This document shows positions 55,816 to 64,000 of a DNA stretch of 64,000 nt, piece after piece. This DNA is from a virus: positions 38,729 through 102,728 of IMG/VR virus record IMGVR_UViG_3300037882_004081. One strand, given 5' to 3'. The position numbers and the translations under genes are program-made. Below the pieces are notes generated by a model that made no database searches, was not told the DNA's origin, and was given only the letters and a program-made list of their open reading frames with translations. The stretch's first letter is position 1. The number at the start of each line of letters is the position of its first letter.

Positions 55816-58077
55816 CTAAAATGGCTCGATCTTACGACCCTTCTTCGGAGGAACGTAGAGTGGGGAACCCTTGTCGACCTTTGGCGCGGTGGCTTCCGTG
55901 ACCTGCTTCCTGCGCCTCTTCACAATGGCGACGGATTCGTGGACTTGTGGCTTTTCCGACTCCTTGGCGATCGTCAGCGCTGGTCTCTCGTTGGCGTCCC
56001 ATCCGTCCGACCGGATAATCATGGAGCTTTCCAACAGGCAGTGTTTTGCCACCATTTCGGACAGCGCACTGCCCTTTTCAACGACAAGGCTAACACCGAA
56101 TTGTTTGGAGAGAGACTCGGCCAGCGTGGTCTTTTTGTCGGCTTCAGCCTTCTCCAGGATCACGTGGATTGGGATAGGTTCCCGATCAGTACCATGAGCT
56201 GGTCTAGCCTCCAAGTCTTCAGTGAGCGAAACCTTGCCGATCGAACGGATATGTTGGAGATCACGGACTTGTGATATCAGCACCGGACGGAGGTTGTTGA
56301 CCGCTTCCTGCACATTGTTCAGATGGGTTGGGTCGCCCAATTTCCTCAGAAAGAGCTTCTCACTGGTCTCTGTGATCCTCTGGTAGCAGCGCTCCAGCAT
56401 TGGTTCGATTTCGTGGTCGCTGGATTCGGCAAGGCGTCTCGCCTGTTCGGTGAGACGACGGCTTTTCCGCTCCATGAGGTTCTTAGGACGACGACCACCA
56501 AATGAGGCGTTGATCTGATCCTTGGGCGATCCAGGTTCTGGGGCTCCCATGTCCTGTCCACTACCGCCGCCTTCATCTTCCATGCCCATGTCGTCACCGC
56601 CAAGATCCGGACCGCCCATGTCCATGCCGCCACCGCCCATCCCCATACCGCCCATCCCCAGCACGTCTCCGCCGTCGCCGTCGTTCTTCAATCCCAACGC
56701 ACCGACCACTCGGGAGGCGAGTTTGGCAACGTCGATGAACTTGCGTGGCAACCGGAGGTATTCGGTGAACACGAGATCAATGATCTCTTGGTTTGGAATG
56801 TCGAGGGACTGGCAGATCGACGCCACCGTCTGGGCGAGTCCAGCTTGTTTCTCCAAGGCGGCGCTGTTCACTTCTTCTTCAATCGAAGAGATCTTCGACA
56901 TCCGGCAGTGAATCTGATAGCGGTTAGGGTCGATACCCTTAAACGACAAGTGGAGACGGGCGAGATGGAGGTACCCGTTGATGATGGGACGACGCAGCAC
57001 CCGCACCATCCGGGCAAACCGGATGTCCTGCGAGACCAGTGAAGCCTGAGCGAGACCGCCAGAGTCGTCACCGTGCCCCAGATAGGCTTTGGGGACGCGG
57101 GCTCCACCGAAGAAGTCCTTTTTGAAGTGCTCCAGATCGTGCACATCCGGCACGTCGTTGTCACCCTGCATGCGCTCCACTTTCGTGGCTTCGTCCTTGC
57201 GGATCGGCATGATCAGCATGGAACTCAAATCCGGTGGACGGTGGCGATAGTCAAGTCCACCCTCCCGCACGTTCATTTGCCCACGGAGCATCGTCTCATA
57301 GGCGTGCACCGTCTCCATGGCTTCCACGAATTCCTGATCGCCGCAGTCGGCAAACAGAATGTGGCGGGATGGGGAAATATTCAACCTGTGCAAGACCGCT
57401 TGGTCTTGCGACATCATGATCTTCTTGTAAAGGTCGTAGAGATGGTCCAGCAGCCCGATACCGTATTCAGTCTGTGGGTCAGCAATACGTCGCCAGTGAA
57501 CGAAGTCCCAGGGTGCGAAGATCGTCTGATGGTCTTCATACGTTGGCTTATCCGGTTGTTCACCCTGCCAAGTGAAGCCCAAAAGTCGGCGACTGTCTCG
57601 ATCCCAGATGCGACGCACGCTTTCAGGAGAAACGTCAACCAAGCCAATAACACCTTCTTCTGCATTTTGTCTGATCCTCCGGTAAACATTGCCAGTGGAG
57701 CTAAGCGCGTTGGCAAGCGGGTAAATGGTCTCTTCGGTTTCCACACGAGCCAACATGGCGTTGAGATCGCGTTCGATCTCGGCGTCGTGGCACTCGAACC
57801 AAATGCTGCTGCCCTTCTGCAAGTCCGGCTGGGTGGCTTCTTCCGCGTAGATCGCGAACACCGATCCACCAAGATGGGACCTTGCCATCTCCTGCATTTC
57901 GATCATGCGCTGCCCGTAGTCCTTGGTGCCGATCGCGTGCTGGAAGTCCGATACTGGGGTGACACCAGACTGCATGCTCTGGGCTTCCCGACGCGTGTAG
58001 CTCGTCGGGGTTGGCTTGTGCCAACCCATGATCGAAAAGATGAGATTTTGAATCCCGATGCCGGTTTTGTTTGCCAT
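55816..58077 (-). CDS. Portal protein (T4 gp20-like) with long C-terminal extension
   Basis: IYAEEAT, YG.G.L, D..HF....F...RVPKAYLG, L.SQDIRFAR.V..LR. Confidence 0.9.
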   Translation of the reverse strand: MANKTGIGIQNLIFSIMGWHKPTPTSYTRREAQSMQSGVTPVSDFQHAIGTKDYGQRMIEMQEMARSHLGGSVFAIYAEEATQPDLQKGSSIWFECHDAEIERDLNAMLARVETEETIYPLANALSSTGNVYRRIRQNAEEGVIGLVDVSPESVRRIWDRDSRRLLGFTWQGEQPDKPTYEDHQTIFAPWDFVHWRRIADPQTEYGIGLLDHLYDLYKKIMMSQDQAVLHRLNISPSRHILFADCGDQEFVEAMETVHAYETMLRGQMNVREGGLDYRHRPPDLSSMLIMPIRKDEATKVERMQGDNDVPDVHDLEHFKKDFFGGARVPKAYLGHGDDSGGLAQASLVSQDIRFARMVRVLRRPIINGYLHLARLHLSFKGIDPNRYQIHCRMSKISSIEEEVNSAALEKQAGLAQTVASICQSLDIPNQEIIDLVFTEYLRLPRKFIDVAKLASRVVGALGLKNDGDGGDVLGMGGMGMGGGGMDMGGPDLGGDDMGMEDEGGGSGQDMGAPEPGSPKDQINASFGGRRPKNLMERKSRRLTEQARRLAESSDHEIEPMLERCYQRITETSEKLFLRKLGDPTHLNNVQEAVNNLRPVLISQVRDLQHIRSIGKVSLTEDLEARPAHGTDREPIPIHVILEKAEADKKTTLAESLSKQFGVSLVVEKGSALSEMVAKHCLLESSMIIRSDGWDANERPALTIAKESEKPQVHESVAIVKRRRKQVTEATAPKVDKGSPLYVPPKKGRKIEPF

Positions 58078-60461
58078 TAGCTGGTACTACCGTTGATGGT
58101 GAGACTTTTCAGGACGACCTTTTCCTCGCCACTCGGGCTGATAGAGTCGATGGAACTGGACAGCGCCCCGAAGTAAACTGCAACGCCGGAAATGTTGGAC
58201 ACGGAAGCCGCAACCGCCAGCACCGTGGACCGGTAGACCACTTCGCCGGGTCCCAGGACGTAGGTGAAGTAGTCGGAGATGATCTTGCGAAGCTGACGAG
58301 TGAGCAACGTTTGATCACCGATGGAACTCGTGAATTCGATGTAAAGGTTGAGTGGTTTTTCGTACCCCCATCCCCTCGCGAAGTAGTCAGAGTTCAGGAC
58401 AATGGCGTCGGTCGAATAGAAGTCAGAAGGGAAGGCAGCTTTGAGCGTGAGGTTGCTTCCGTTGACCGCCTCAACAAATGCCAGTGTGGGGCGTTTGTTG
58501 AGTTCCAGAATCGAAATGAGACCACCAGCAACGAACAGGTTGGGGTTGGTGACCGGCACCACGGTGCTACTCGGGGTGATGGCAGCCGACAAAGTGGTGC
58601 GGGAACCGTTGGTAATACTGGAACTGAACAACTGGAAGTCGGATTGAGCCGCGATGTTCTCAAACGGGTGTGCGAAGGTGGCTTCGGCGACTGCCTCGGT
58701 AGCTTCTACCGCTTCATACAGTTTGGAGTGGAGAAGGGGTTGTCCGGGCGTCTGAGCCGCAAACACCGAGTTGATAGCGGTGGCGACTTGGAGGGCGGCT
58801 TCTTGACCGCTGAACCGGGCATGGTACCGGTAATTGAGGTGAAGCAGGACCGGTGTTGAGATGCCGTCCACGATGACGATTTCGTCGCCAATCATCTTGC
58901 GAGCGTTCAGGTACTCCAACAGCACCCGTTTGAGCGTCGCTCCGGGCGCTACCAGTTGCCCATTTGGTCCTTCGCTCCAGCAGTAAATCCAGACGATGTT
59001 GTTTTCACGTGGCACCGCATTGGAGTGCAACACCGCTTTGGCGAGCCGCACCCGCCCAGAGCTAGGATCGGTGAACCCGCTGGCAAGACTGCTGTAATCG
59101 GTCTCGTGAACCCCACGATCGTTGGTGCGGGTGAACTGGACGAGGTTGGAGGTGGCTTCCGCAAGAGTTTCGCGGTCGGAACCACCAGAGCCCACCGTGT
59201 ATGGGTTGGATAAGAAGAGTGTGGTACCGGATGCTCCATCCTCGATAGGCAACGAAGAGTCAAGCCCACCCTGCTGAACGTTGCCAATCACACCACCGCC
59301 AATGCGATACGAGATCGTGAGATTGGCACCCTCTGGCAGGATCGCCCCATGGACCCCGTCACCGAACGTGATGACAGCCCGCTCAAGTTCGTCGAACGTC
59401 ACTGTGTAGACCTGACTTTCAGGAGTCGCGGTGATGAGCAGCCCGACTTCCTCCCATCGAATACCATTGACCAGCACTTCCACACCGGATTGGAGCGGCT
59501 GAAGGAACATGGCGCGGAAGAACCCGCTTGGCAGTGGGTCGATGGTGGGGTCGCCAGTGAGCACCGGGTGATAGCTGCAAGTCAGTGTGTAACTGGTCCT
59601 GTTGCCCTCCACGGACCGGGTCTCGGTGACTGTCTCGCCTTGGACGAGTGGCAAATTCCGGTTTTCCAGTGTCCATTTCCCGGTCCAATCGGGGAGGTCC
59701 CAAGCGCGATCCATCCACAGCACGGTCCGTTCTTGAAGGTCGGTGGAGCGCTTGTCGACCGAGATCACCGCAAATTCGTCTCGGGAAGTGTCGGGCGGGT
59801 CACCGAACCCACTTCCAAGCCACTGGTTGCCCAGCTTCAGGATGTGACCCGGCCCCACCAGATCTCCAAAGTCCACCCCGCTTGCGAATCTGATCCCGTC
59901 TCGGTTGACCAAAATAACCTCGGACGAGTCTCTGGTCATCTTGACAAGGGCCTCAACTTGCACGGTTTGGCCTTCGCTGTCCAGATCAGTACCAACAATA
60001 TCGCCGTAACCAGAAACAAGTTCAACGGGGGTTGAAAAACCGGGAGCGATATAAGTGTCGCGAGTGACTTCAAATGGGACACCATTGTTTGATCGGATTT
60101 TGGTACCACGGCTAATGCGAACTTGGCCAGAAACCGGAGACGCTGTCTCTGCACGGACCTCAAGGGTCGCCGCCGAAGCTCGCCTTGGAGAGTATCCAAC
60201 CAGTGATGCATGGTGAAGGAGCGACTCCCAGTGAGCCAACGTCGAAATGAAAGACTCGCGACCCCGCAAGTCCAGCATGAAGCTAAGGATCTCATTGTCC
60301 GCCGCAATGGCGTCGATGAGGATCGTGCCAATTTCAGAGCCGAAAAACGAGTTCCACTTAGTGGGGTTAGCAGCACGGATGGCATCAACCAGCGCTTGTC
60401 TGTTCTCGGCAAACGACCGTTGAGTGAGAGCCACTGGGATCGTTGGATCAGTGTCAGCCAT
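58077..60461 (-). CDS. Baseplate wedge protein (T4 gp6 / baseplate J-like)
   Basis: W..F..S.IG..L.D, ESF..T, GY.P, ITFGDGVHG..., YRIGGG..GNV, GG.D.ET, R.V...DY. Confidence 0.9.
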   Translation of the reverse strand: MADTDPTIPVALTQRSFAENRQALVDAIRAANPTKWNSFFGSEIGTILIDAIAADNEILSFMLDLRGRESFISTLAHWESLLHHASLVGYSPRRASAATLEVRAETASPVSGQVRISRGTKIRSNNGVPFEVTRDTYIAPGFSTPVELVSGYGDIVGTDLDSEGQTVQVEALVKMTRDSSEVILVNRDGIRFASGVDFGDLVGPGHILKLGNQWLGSGFGDPPDTSRDEFAVISVDKRSTDLQERTVLWMDRAWDLPDWTGKWTLENRNLPLVQGETVTETRSVEGNRTSYTLTCSYHPVLTGDPTIDPLPSGFFRAMFLQPLQSGVEVLVNGIRWEEVGLLITATPESQVYTVTFDELERAVITFGDGVHGAILPEGANLTISYRIGGGVIGNVQQGGLDSSLPIEDGASGTTLFLSNPYTVGSGGSDRETLAEATSNLVQFTRTNDRGVHETDYSSLASGFTDPSSGRVRLAKAVLHSNAVPRENNIVWIYCWSEGPNGQLVAPGATLKRVLLEYLNARKMIGDEIVIVDGISTPVLLHLNYRYHARFSGQEAALQVATAINSVFAAQTPGQPLLHSKLYEAVEATEAVAEATFAHPFENIAAQSDFQLFSSSITNGSRTTLSAAITPSSTVVPVTNPNLFVAGGLISILELNKRPTLAFVEAVNGSNLTLKAAFPSDFYSTDAIVLNSDYFARGWGYEKPLNLYIEFTSSIGDQTLLTRQLRKIISDYFTYVLGPGEVVYRSTVLAVAASVSNISGVAVYFGALSSSIDSISPSGEEKVVLKSLTINGSTS

Positions 60462-60565
60462 GAACAATAGATAGTTGGTGGTGGTTCAATTGACAGGGAT
60501 CGAATCGCTAGCGGTTTTCGTGATGTTATTCTTGTCAATCTGGACCCCGAGATTTCTTATCAAAC

Positions 60566-62380
60566 ATGGTAGAACTAAAGTCCCTGCGACTTTCGAATTT
60601 CTTTTCAGTTGAAGAAGCAGAAATCCCACTGAATCTCCCAGGGGTTAGCCTCATCGTTGGGCCAAATGGTGCTGGTAAGACGAGTCTCTTTTTTGAGGGT
60701 CCATTCTATGCGCTCTTTGGGCAGTCGTTCGAATATGGGCAGAACCCAGGCAATGAGGTGATGAATGAGCGGTCCACCGGTGGCATGTTGGTGCGGCTGG
60801 AGTTCACAGTGAATGGGGTTGACTATACAGTAGTGAGATCTCGTGGGCGTCGTGATGTCAAAGATGGGGTGCAGTTATTGCAGGGGGAGCGCTCGCTCAC
60901 CCAGGGAACCATCACCGCTACCCAAACTGCCATCAACCGCCTTGTAGGCTGTACAGCGAAGAGCTTTTCAAGTTCCGTCATGTTCCCGGTCAGTGTGACC
61001 CGGTTTGTTGAACAGACTGATAGCGCTCGAAAGGCTCTTCTGGACGATATGTTGGAACTCTCAGAGCTATCCGAAGCCCACGAAAGGACCAAGAAGTGCG
61101 TCCAGCAGGCTCAGGAAGCCCTCCAGAAGACCAAGGAAGGCGTTTCGTCGGCTGAGGCGCGGCTTTCATCGGTCCGTAGATCACACGCGTCTCTTGAGGC
61201 AGAGGAAGCGGCTTTCCAGACCCGTCTTTTTCACTGGGATGAGACCCAAGCCAACCTTGAACACCAGATAGCGCTCCACCAAACTCAGCTTGATGCGCTG
61301 AGGACTCGACTGACTGAGGCGGCAGCTGAGGTGCAGCAGCAAATAGCGCAGGAACCGGAGATCAGCGCCAAGGAAACCAACGACGCGGTTTCCAAAGCCA
61401 CGGGTGAAGTAATGGCGATTTCGGGAGCTATGGCACAGGCTAAGAGCCGGGTTTCCAAGCTGCGTTCCACCGATCAAGTGACTTGCCGTCAGTGTGGTCA
61501 GAACCTACCCGACGCAGAACACCGAGCCATGGAGTTGGGGAAAGCCGAAGAGACCCTATCCAGACTGGAAGCTCTGCTAAAGAGAGCCAATGTGGCGGAG
61601 GCGGAAGCCATCAAACAGCAATCAGCGATCAACAAGCAGATCACGGAGTCAAGACAGCGGTCGATGTTGGCACTGGCTGGGGTTGCCGATCTGGAAACGC
61701 AAGTGGCCACCAAAACCGGTCAGGTCAACAGCCTTATTGCGAAACGGGCGGATCGTCCCACCAGCCCGTACGAAAAAATGCTGGAGGACTCTCGGACGAT
61801 CATGGAGTCTGCTATGGTGGCGCTCACCGAGAAGGAGGAAGCGGTGAAGGTGGCGGTCCAAGACCTTCAGGATGAAGAGGCACTGAAGAATCTGTTTGGT
61901 CCAAGGGGAGCCCGGACATTAGTCCTAGAGCACGTTATCCCGTGGCTCAACTACCACGCCGCCCAATACGCCGAAAAGGCTGGTGGCGGTATCCAAGTGG
62001 CGTTCCGGATTCGCGATGCTGGGGAGAGTTCGGAAGGTACGCTCCAAGTGGAAGTCAGGAATCCCAACGGCAGCAACAAGTGTCGCGGGTCCTCGACGGG
62101 CGAGAAACGCAAAATCAACTTCCTGTGCATGCTGGCGCTTCTGGAGCTAGCGTCAATCCGTGGTGGCAAAGGCTTCGGGGCGACCTTCTTCGATGAAACC
62201 TGCGAGAATCTTGATGAGGCTGGGATTGCTGGAGTGTGCGAGATTCTTCGCGAAATGAAGACTCGCAAGCAGTCAGTGTTCGTGATCTCCCACGCCGCAA
62301 CCGCGTCTCTTTCGACTGTCGCCGACCGTATTATCACCGTATCCCCAGGTGGGGCTTATTCGCTTTCTGAAACCACATGA
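60566..62380 (+). CDS. SbcC/Rad50/gp46-like recombination ATPase
   Basis: L.NF.S, GPNGAGKT, coiled coil with CRQC hook, SSTGE signature, FFDE, VISH. Confidence 0.9.
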   Translation: MVELKSLRLSNFFSVEEAEIPLNLPGVSLIVGPNGAGKTSLFFEGPFYALFGQSFEYGQNPGNEVMNERSTGGMLVRLEFTVNGVDYTVVRSRGRRDVKDGVQLLQGERSLTQGTITATQTAINRLVGCTAKSFSSSVMFPVSVTRFVEQTDSARKALLDDMLELSELSEAHERTKKCVQQAQEALQKTKEGVSSAEARLSSVRRSHASLEAEEAAFQTRLFHWDETQANLEHQIALHQTQLDALRTRLTEAAAEVQQQIAQEPEISAKETNDAVSKATGEVMAISGAMAQAKSRVSKLRSTDQVTCRQCGQNLPDAEHRAMELGKAEETLSRLEALLKRANVAEAEAIKQQSAINKQITESRQRSMLALAGVADLETQVATKTGQVNSLIAKRADRPTSPYEKMLEDSRTIMESAMVALTEKEEAVKVAVQDLQDEEALKNLFGPRGARTLVLEHVIPWLNYHAAQYAEKAGGGIQVAFRIRDAGESSEGTLQVEVRNPNGSNKCRGSSTGEKRKINFLCMLALLELASIRGGKGFGATFFDETCENLDEAGIAGVCEILREMKTRKQSVFVISHAATASLSTVADRIITVSPGGAYSLSETT

Positions 62381-63288
62381 CTCAGCACGTATTGATTGTT
62401 GACGGGAACAACATGGTAAGTCGGTTTTACCACGCTATCCCACCGCTCACCGACCCACGCGGTGAACTCGTCCATGCAGTCCACGGGCTGGCTTGCTTCA
62501 TCCCCAAGGTCCGTGGGATTTTGCAGCTGAACCATGAGCCAGTGTGCGTGGTGGCGTTTGACTCAAAGCTCGACCCAAATTCCCTGCACGAGTGCCTCCG
62601 TGCCAATTACAAGGCCAATCGCGAGGAAAAACCACCAGACTGGCACCGGCAGATGGATCAATGCGCGGAGGTGTGCAGGCTCGCTGGTTGGCAGGTCATG
62701 AAAAAAGACGGCGTGGAAGCTGACGATCTCATCGCTGGAGCAGCTGAGTACCTCAGCGAAAAGGACTGCTTGGTCTCCGTCCTCACCTCTGACAAAGACT
62801 TGTATCAGCTGACCGGTGGAAACGTGACGATGCTTCGCCCCAATCACCAGGGTGGCGGGTACATTCACTTCGATGCTGCCGCCGTCAAGAACAAGTGGGG
62901 GGTCGAACCAAAGCTCATCGCGCAGTGGCTGGCTCTGGTCGGCGATAGTTCCGACAACCTCCCCGGCGTCCCCAAGATTGGTGAGAAGACCGCCACCAAT
63001 CTGCTCAACACCCACGGCAACATTTTCAAGATCATCCAAGACTTGCCCCCGACACACCGTCACCGGATGGCGATTGAGGCTAACCTGCAGACGGTCGTCG
63101 AAGTGGTGAAGCTGGCGTCGTATGGCAAGGAACGCCGGAAGGCACTGGCGGAACTACCAGAGTGCAAAGTGGCACTCACGTCACCAAACGAACTGGCGGA
63201 CTGGAGGGGGCTTCTCGCCTACCTGAACAACCTCAACCTCAAAACCGCAGTGGGTGGATTTTCCGAGATGATCTCGGACCAGCTTTAG
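62377..63288 (+). CDS. 5'-3' exonuclease (PolI N-terminal / T4 RNase H-like)
   Basis: IVDGN, AFD, YKANR, EADD, SDKDL.QL, LVGDSSDNLPGVPKIGEKTA. Confidence 0.95.
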   Translation: MTQHVLIVDGNNMVSRFYHAIPPLTDPRGELVHAVHGLACFIPKVRGILQLNHEPVCVVAFDSKLDPNSLHECLRANYKANREEKPPDWHRQMDQCAEVCRLAGWQVMKKDGVEADDLIAGAAEYLSEKDCLVSVLTSDKDLYQLTGGNVTMLRPNHQGGGYIHFDAAAVKNKWGVEPKLIAQWLALVGDSSDNLPGVPKIGEKTATNLLNTHGNIFKIIQDLPPTHRHRMAIEANLQTVVEVVKLASYGKERRKALAELPECKVALTSPNELADWRGLLAYLNNLNLKTAVGGFSEMISDQL

Positions 63289-63818
63289 CAGTCCTGAATC
63301 TTGCCGTCAACCACGTTGGACATGTCGCCAACGCTTTGACCGGGATTTTTGCAGCCGTTTTCGGTGCGAAGCGCCATGGAGCCGCAGGCTTCAGGACCTA
63401 CCGACATCGAACGCTTCCGGCGACGGGTGGCGACGCGAACTTGTAGCGACTCCAGTTGTGCCGGTGCCATTGGGCGGGGTGCACCTTCCGTCACCATGCT
63501 GGCGCTGTTGCCGAGGCTGGCGAGCACATCGTGCAGTGAGCGAACCGCCACCGATAGTTGACCTTTGAGTTTCGAGAAGGTCTGGAACGCGGAGACATCG
63601 TTGGAAACTGCTGGTTTCAGTCCTTTGAGGGTGGCTTCGAACGTGTGGTAAGCCGCCATGATGTCACTGTAGGCTTCAGGCTCCACTAGCCATTGTTCCT
63701 CCCAGGATTTGGTTTCCAGACCGTCCACAGCTTGGGACTCAGTTGGGGTGTCGGTTGTCGCTGGCTCCGCCTCGTTGAGGCTCTTGAGCGCAGCCAAAGA
63801 TTTGAGAAAGTCGTCCAT
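63285..63818 (-). CDS. Putative prohead core/scaffold-like late protein
   Basis: TAGTTAT upstream; LNE/VTE/LES motifs. Confidence 0.45.
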   Translation of the reverse strand: MDDFLKSLAALKSLNEAEPATTDTPTESQAVDGLETKSWEEQWLVEPEAYSDIMAAYHTFEATLKGLKPAVSNDVSAFQTFSKLKGQLSVAVRSLHDVLASLGNSASMVTEGAPRPMAPAQLESLQVRVATRRRKRSMSVGPEACGSMALRTENGCKNPGQSVGDMSNVVDGKIQDC

Positions 63819-63839
63819 ACCGGCATAACTAGTATAAAA

Positions 63840-63867
63840 ATCGGGGCGGGTTTTGGCCCGCCCCGAT
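63840..63867 (-). terminator. Rho-independent terminator
   Basis: ATCGGGGCGGG/CCCGCCCCGAT stem, then TTTT on the minus strand. Confidence 0.8.
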
Positions 63868-63901
63868 CGTAAACAGGGTGTAAGTCCTGGACTATGGAGT
63901 C

Positions 63902-64000
63902 GGCTCTTCCACGGGTGGCTCTTCCACGGGTGGCTCTTCCACGGGTGGCTCTTCCACGGGTGGCTCTTCCACGGGTGGCTCTTCCACGGGTGGCTCTTCC
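63902..64000 (-). repeat. Perfect 15-bp tandem repeat (at least 6.6 copies) encoding (EEPPV)n at the C-terminus of a truncated minus-strand gene (stop 63892-63894)
   Basis: GGCTCTTCCACGGGT repeated to the window edge. Confidence 0.9.

Noticed and set aside
60488-60540. Two opposing TTGACA hexamers in the divergent gap
   Set aside because: Neither has a convincing -10 at 16-18 nt, so not called as promoters
1-64000. Stop-codon reassignment (as in some jumbo phages)
   Set aside because: Conserved genes are intact in code 11, and TAG, TGA and TAA all end genes at expected positions

Overview
A 64-kb, GC-rich (roughly 57-58% by eye) segment of a large, distantly T4-like contractile-tailed (jumbo-type) bacteriophage genome, read with the standard genetic code. 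Structural genes (gp20-like portal, gp6/gp25/gp53/gp26-like baseplate, gp19-like tube, gp14-like neck, PAAR-like spike, tape-measure-like protein, tail fibres) are interspersed on both strands with replication and repair genes. These include a family A DNA polymerase with an N-terminal UDG-like domain, NAD-dependent ligase, RecA/UvsX, gp32-like SSB, UvsY-like protein, three SF2 helicases, SbcC/gp46 and a 5'-3' exonuclease. Nucleotide-pool enzymes (dNMP kinase, MazG-like, DatZ/YfbR-like HD hydrolase), GroES, two Mor-like activators, a PAS membrane protein and a GNAT fusion are also present. The strongest unannotated signals are regulatory: (i) a TAnnTAT element 4-6 nt upstream of the start codon of many virion-type genes (a candidate late promoter giving leaderless mRNA), alongside consensus sigma70 promoters, some also leaderless, in a genome where I saw no Shine-Dalgarno signal; (ii) an H-type pseudoknot plus unstructured repeats in the SSB leader, resembling the T4 gene 32 autoregulatory operator; (iii) a candidate frameshift site at the gp26-like chaperone. 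I saw no tRNA, rRNA, CRISPR array, integrase or reverse transcriptase. All assignments come from motif recognition by eye, not database searches.
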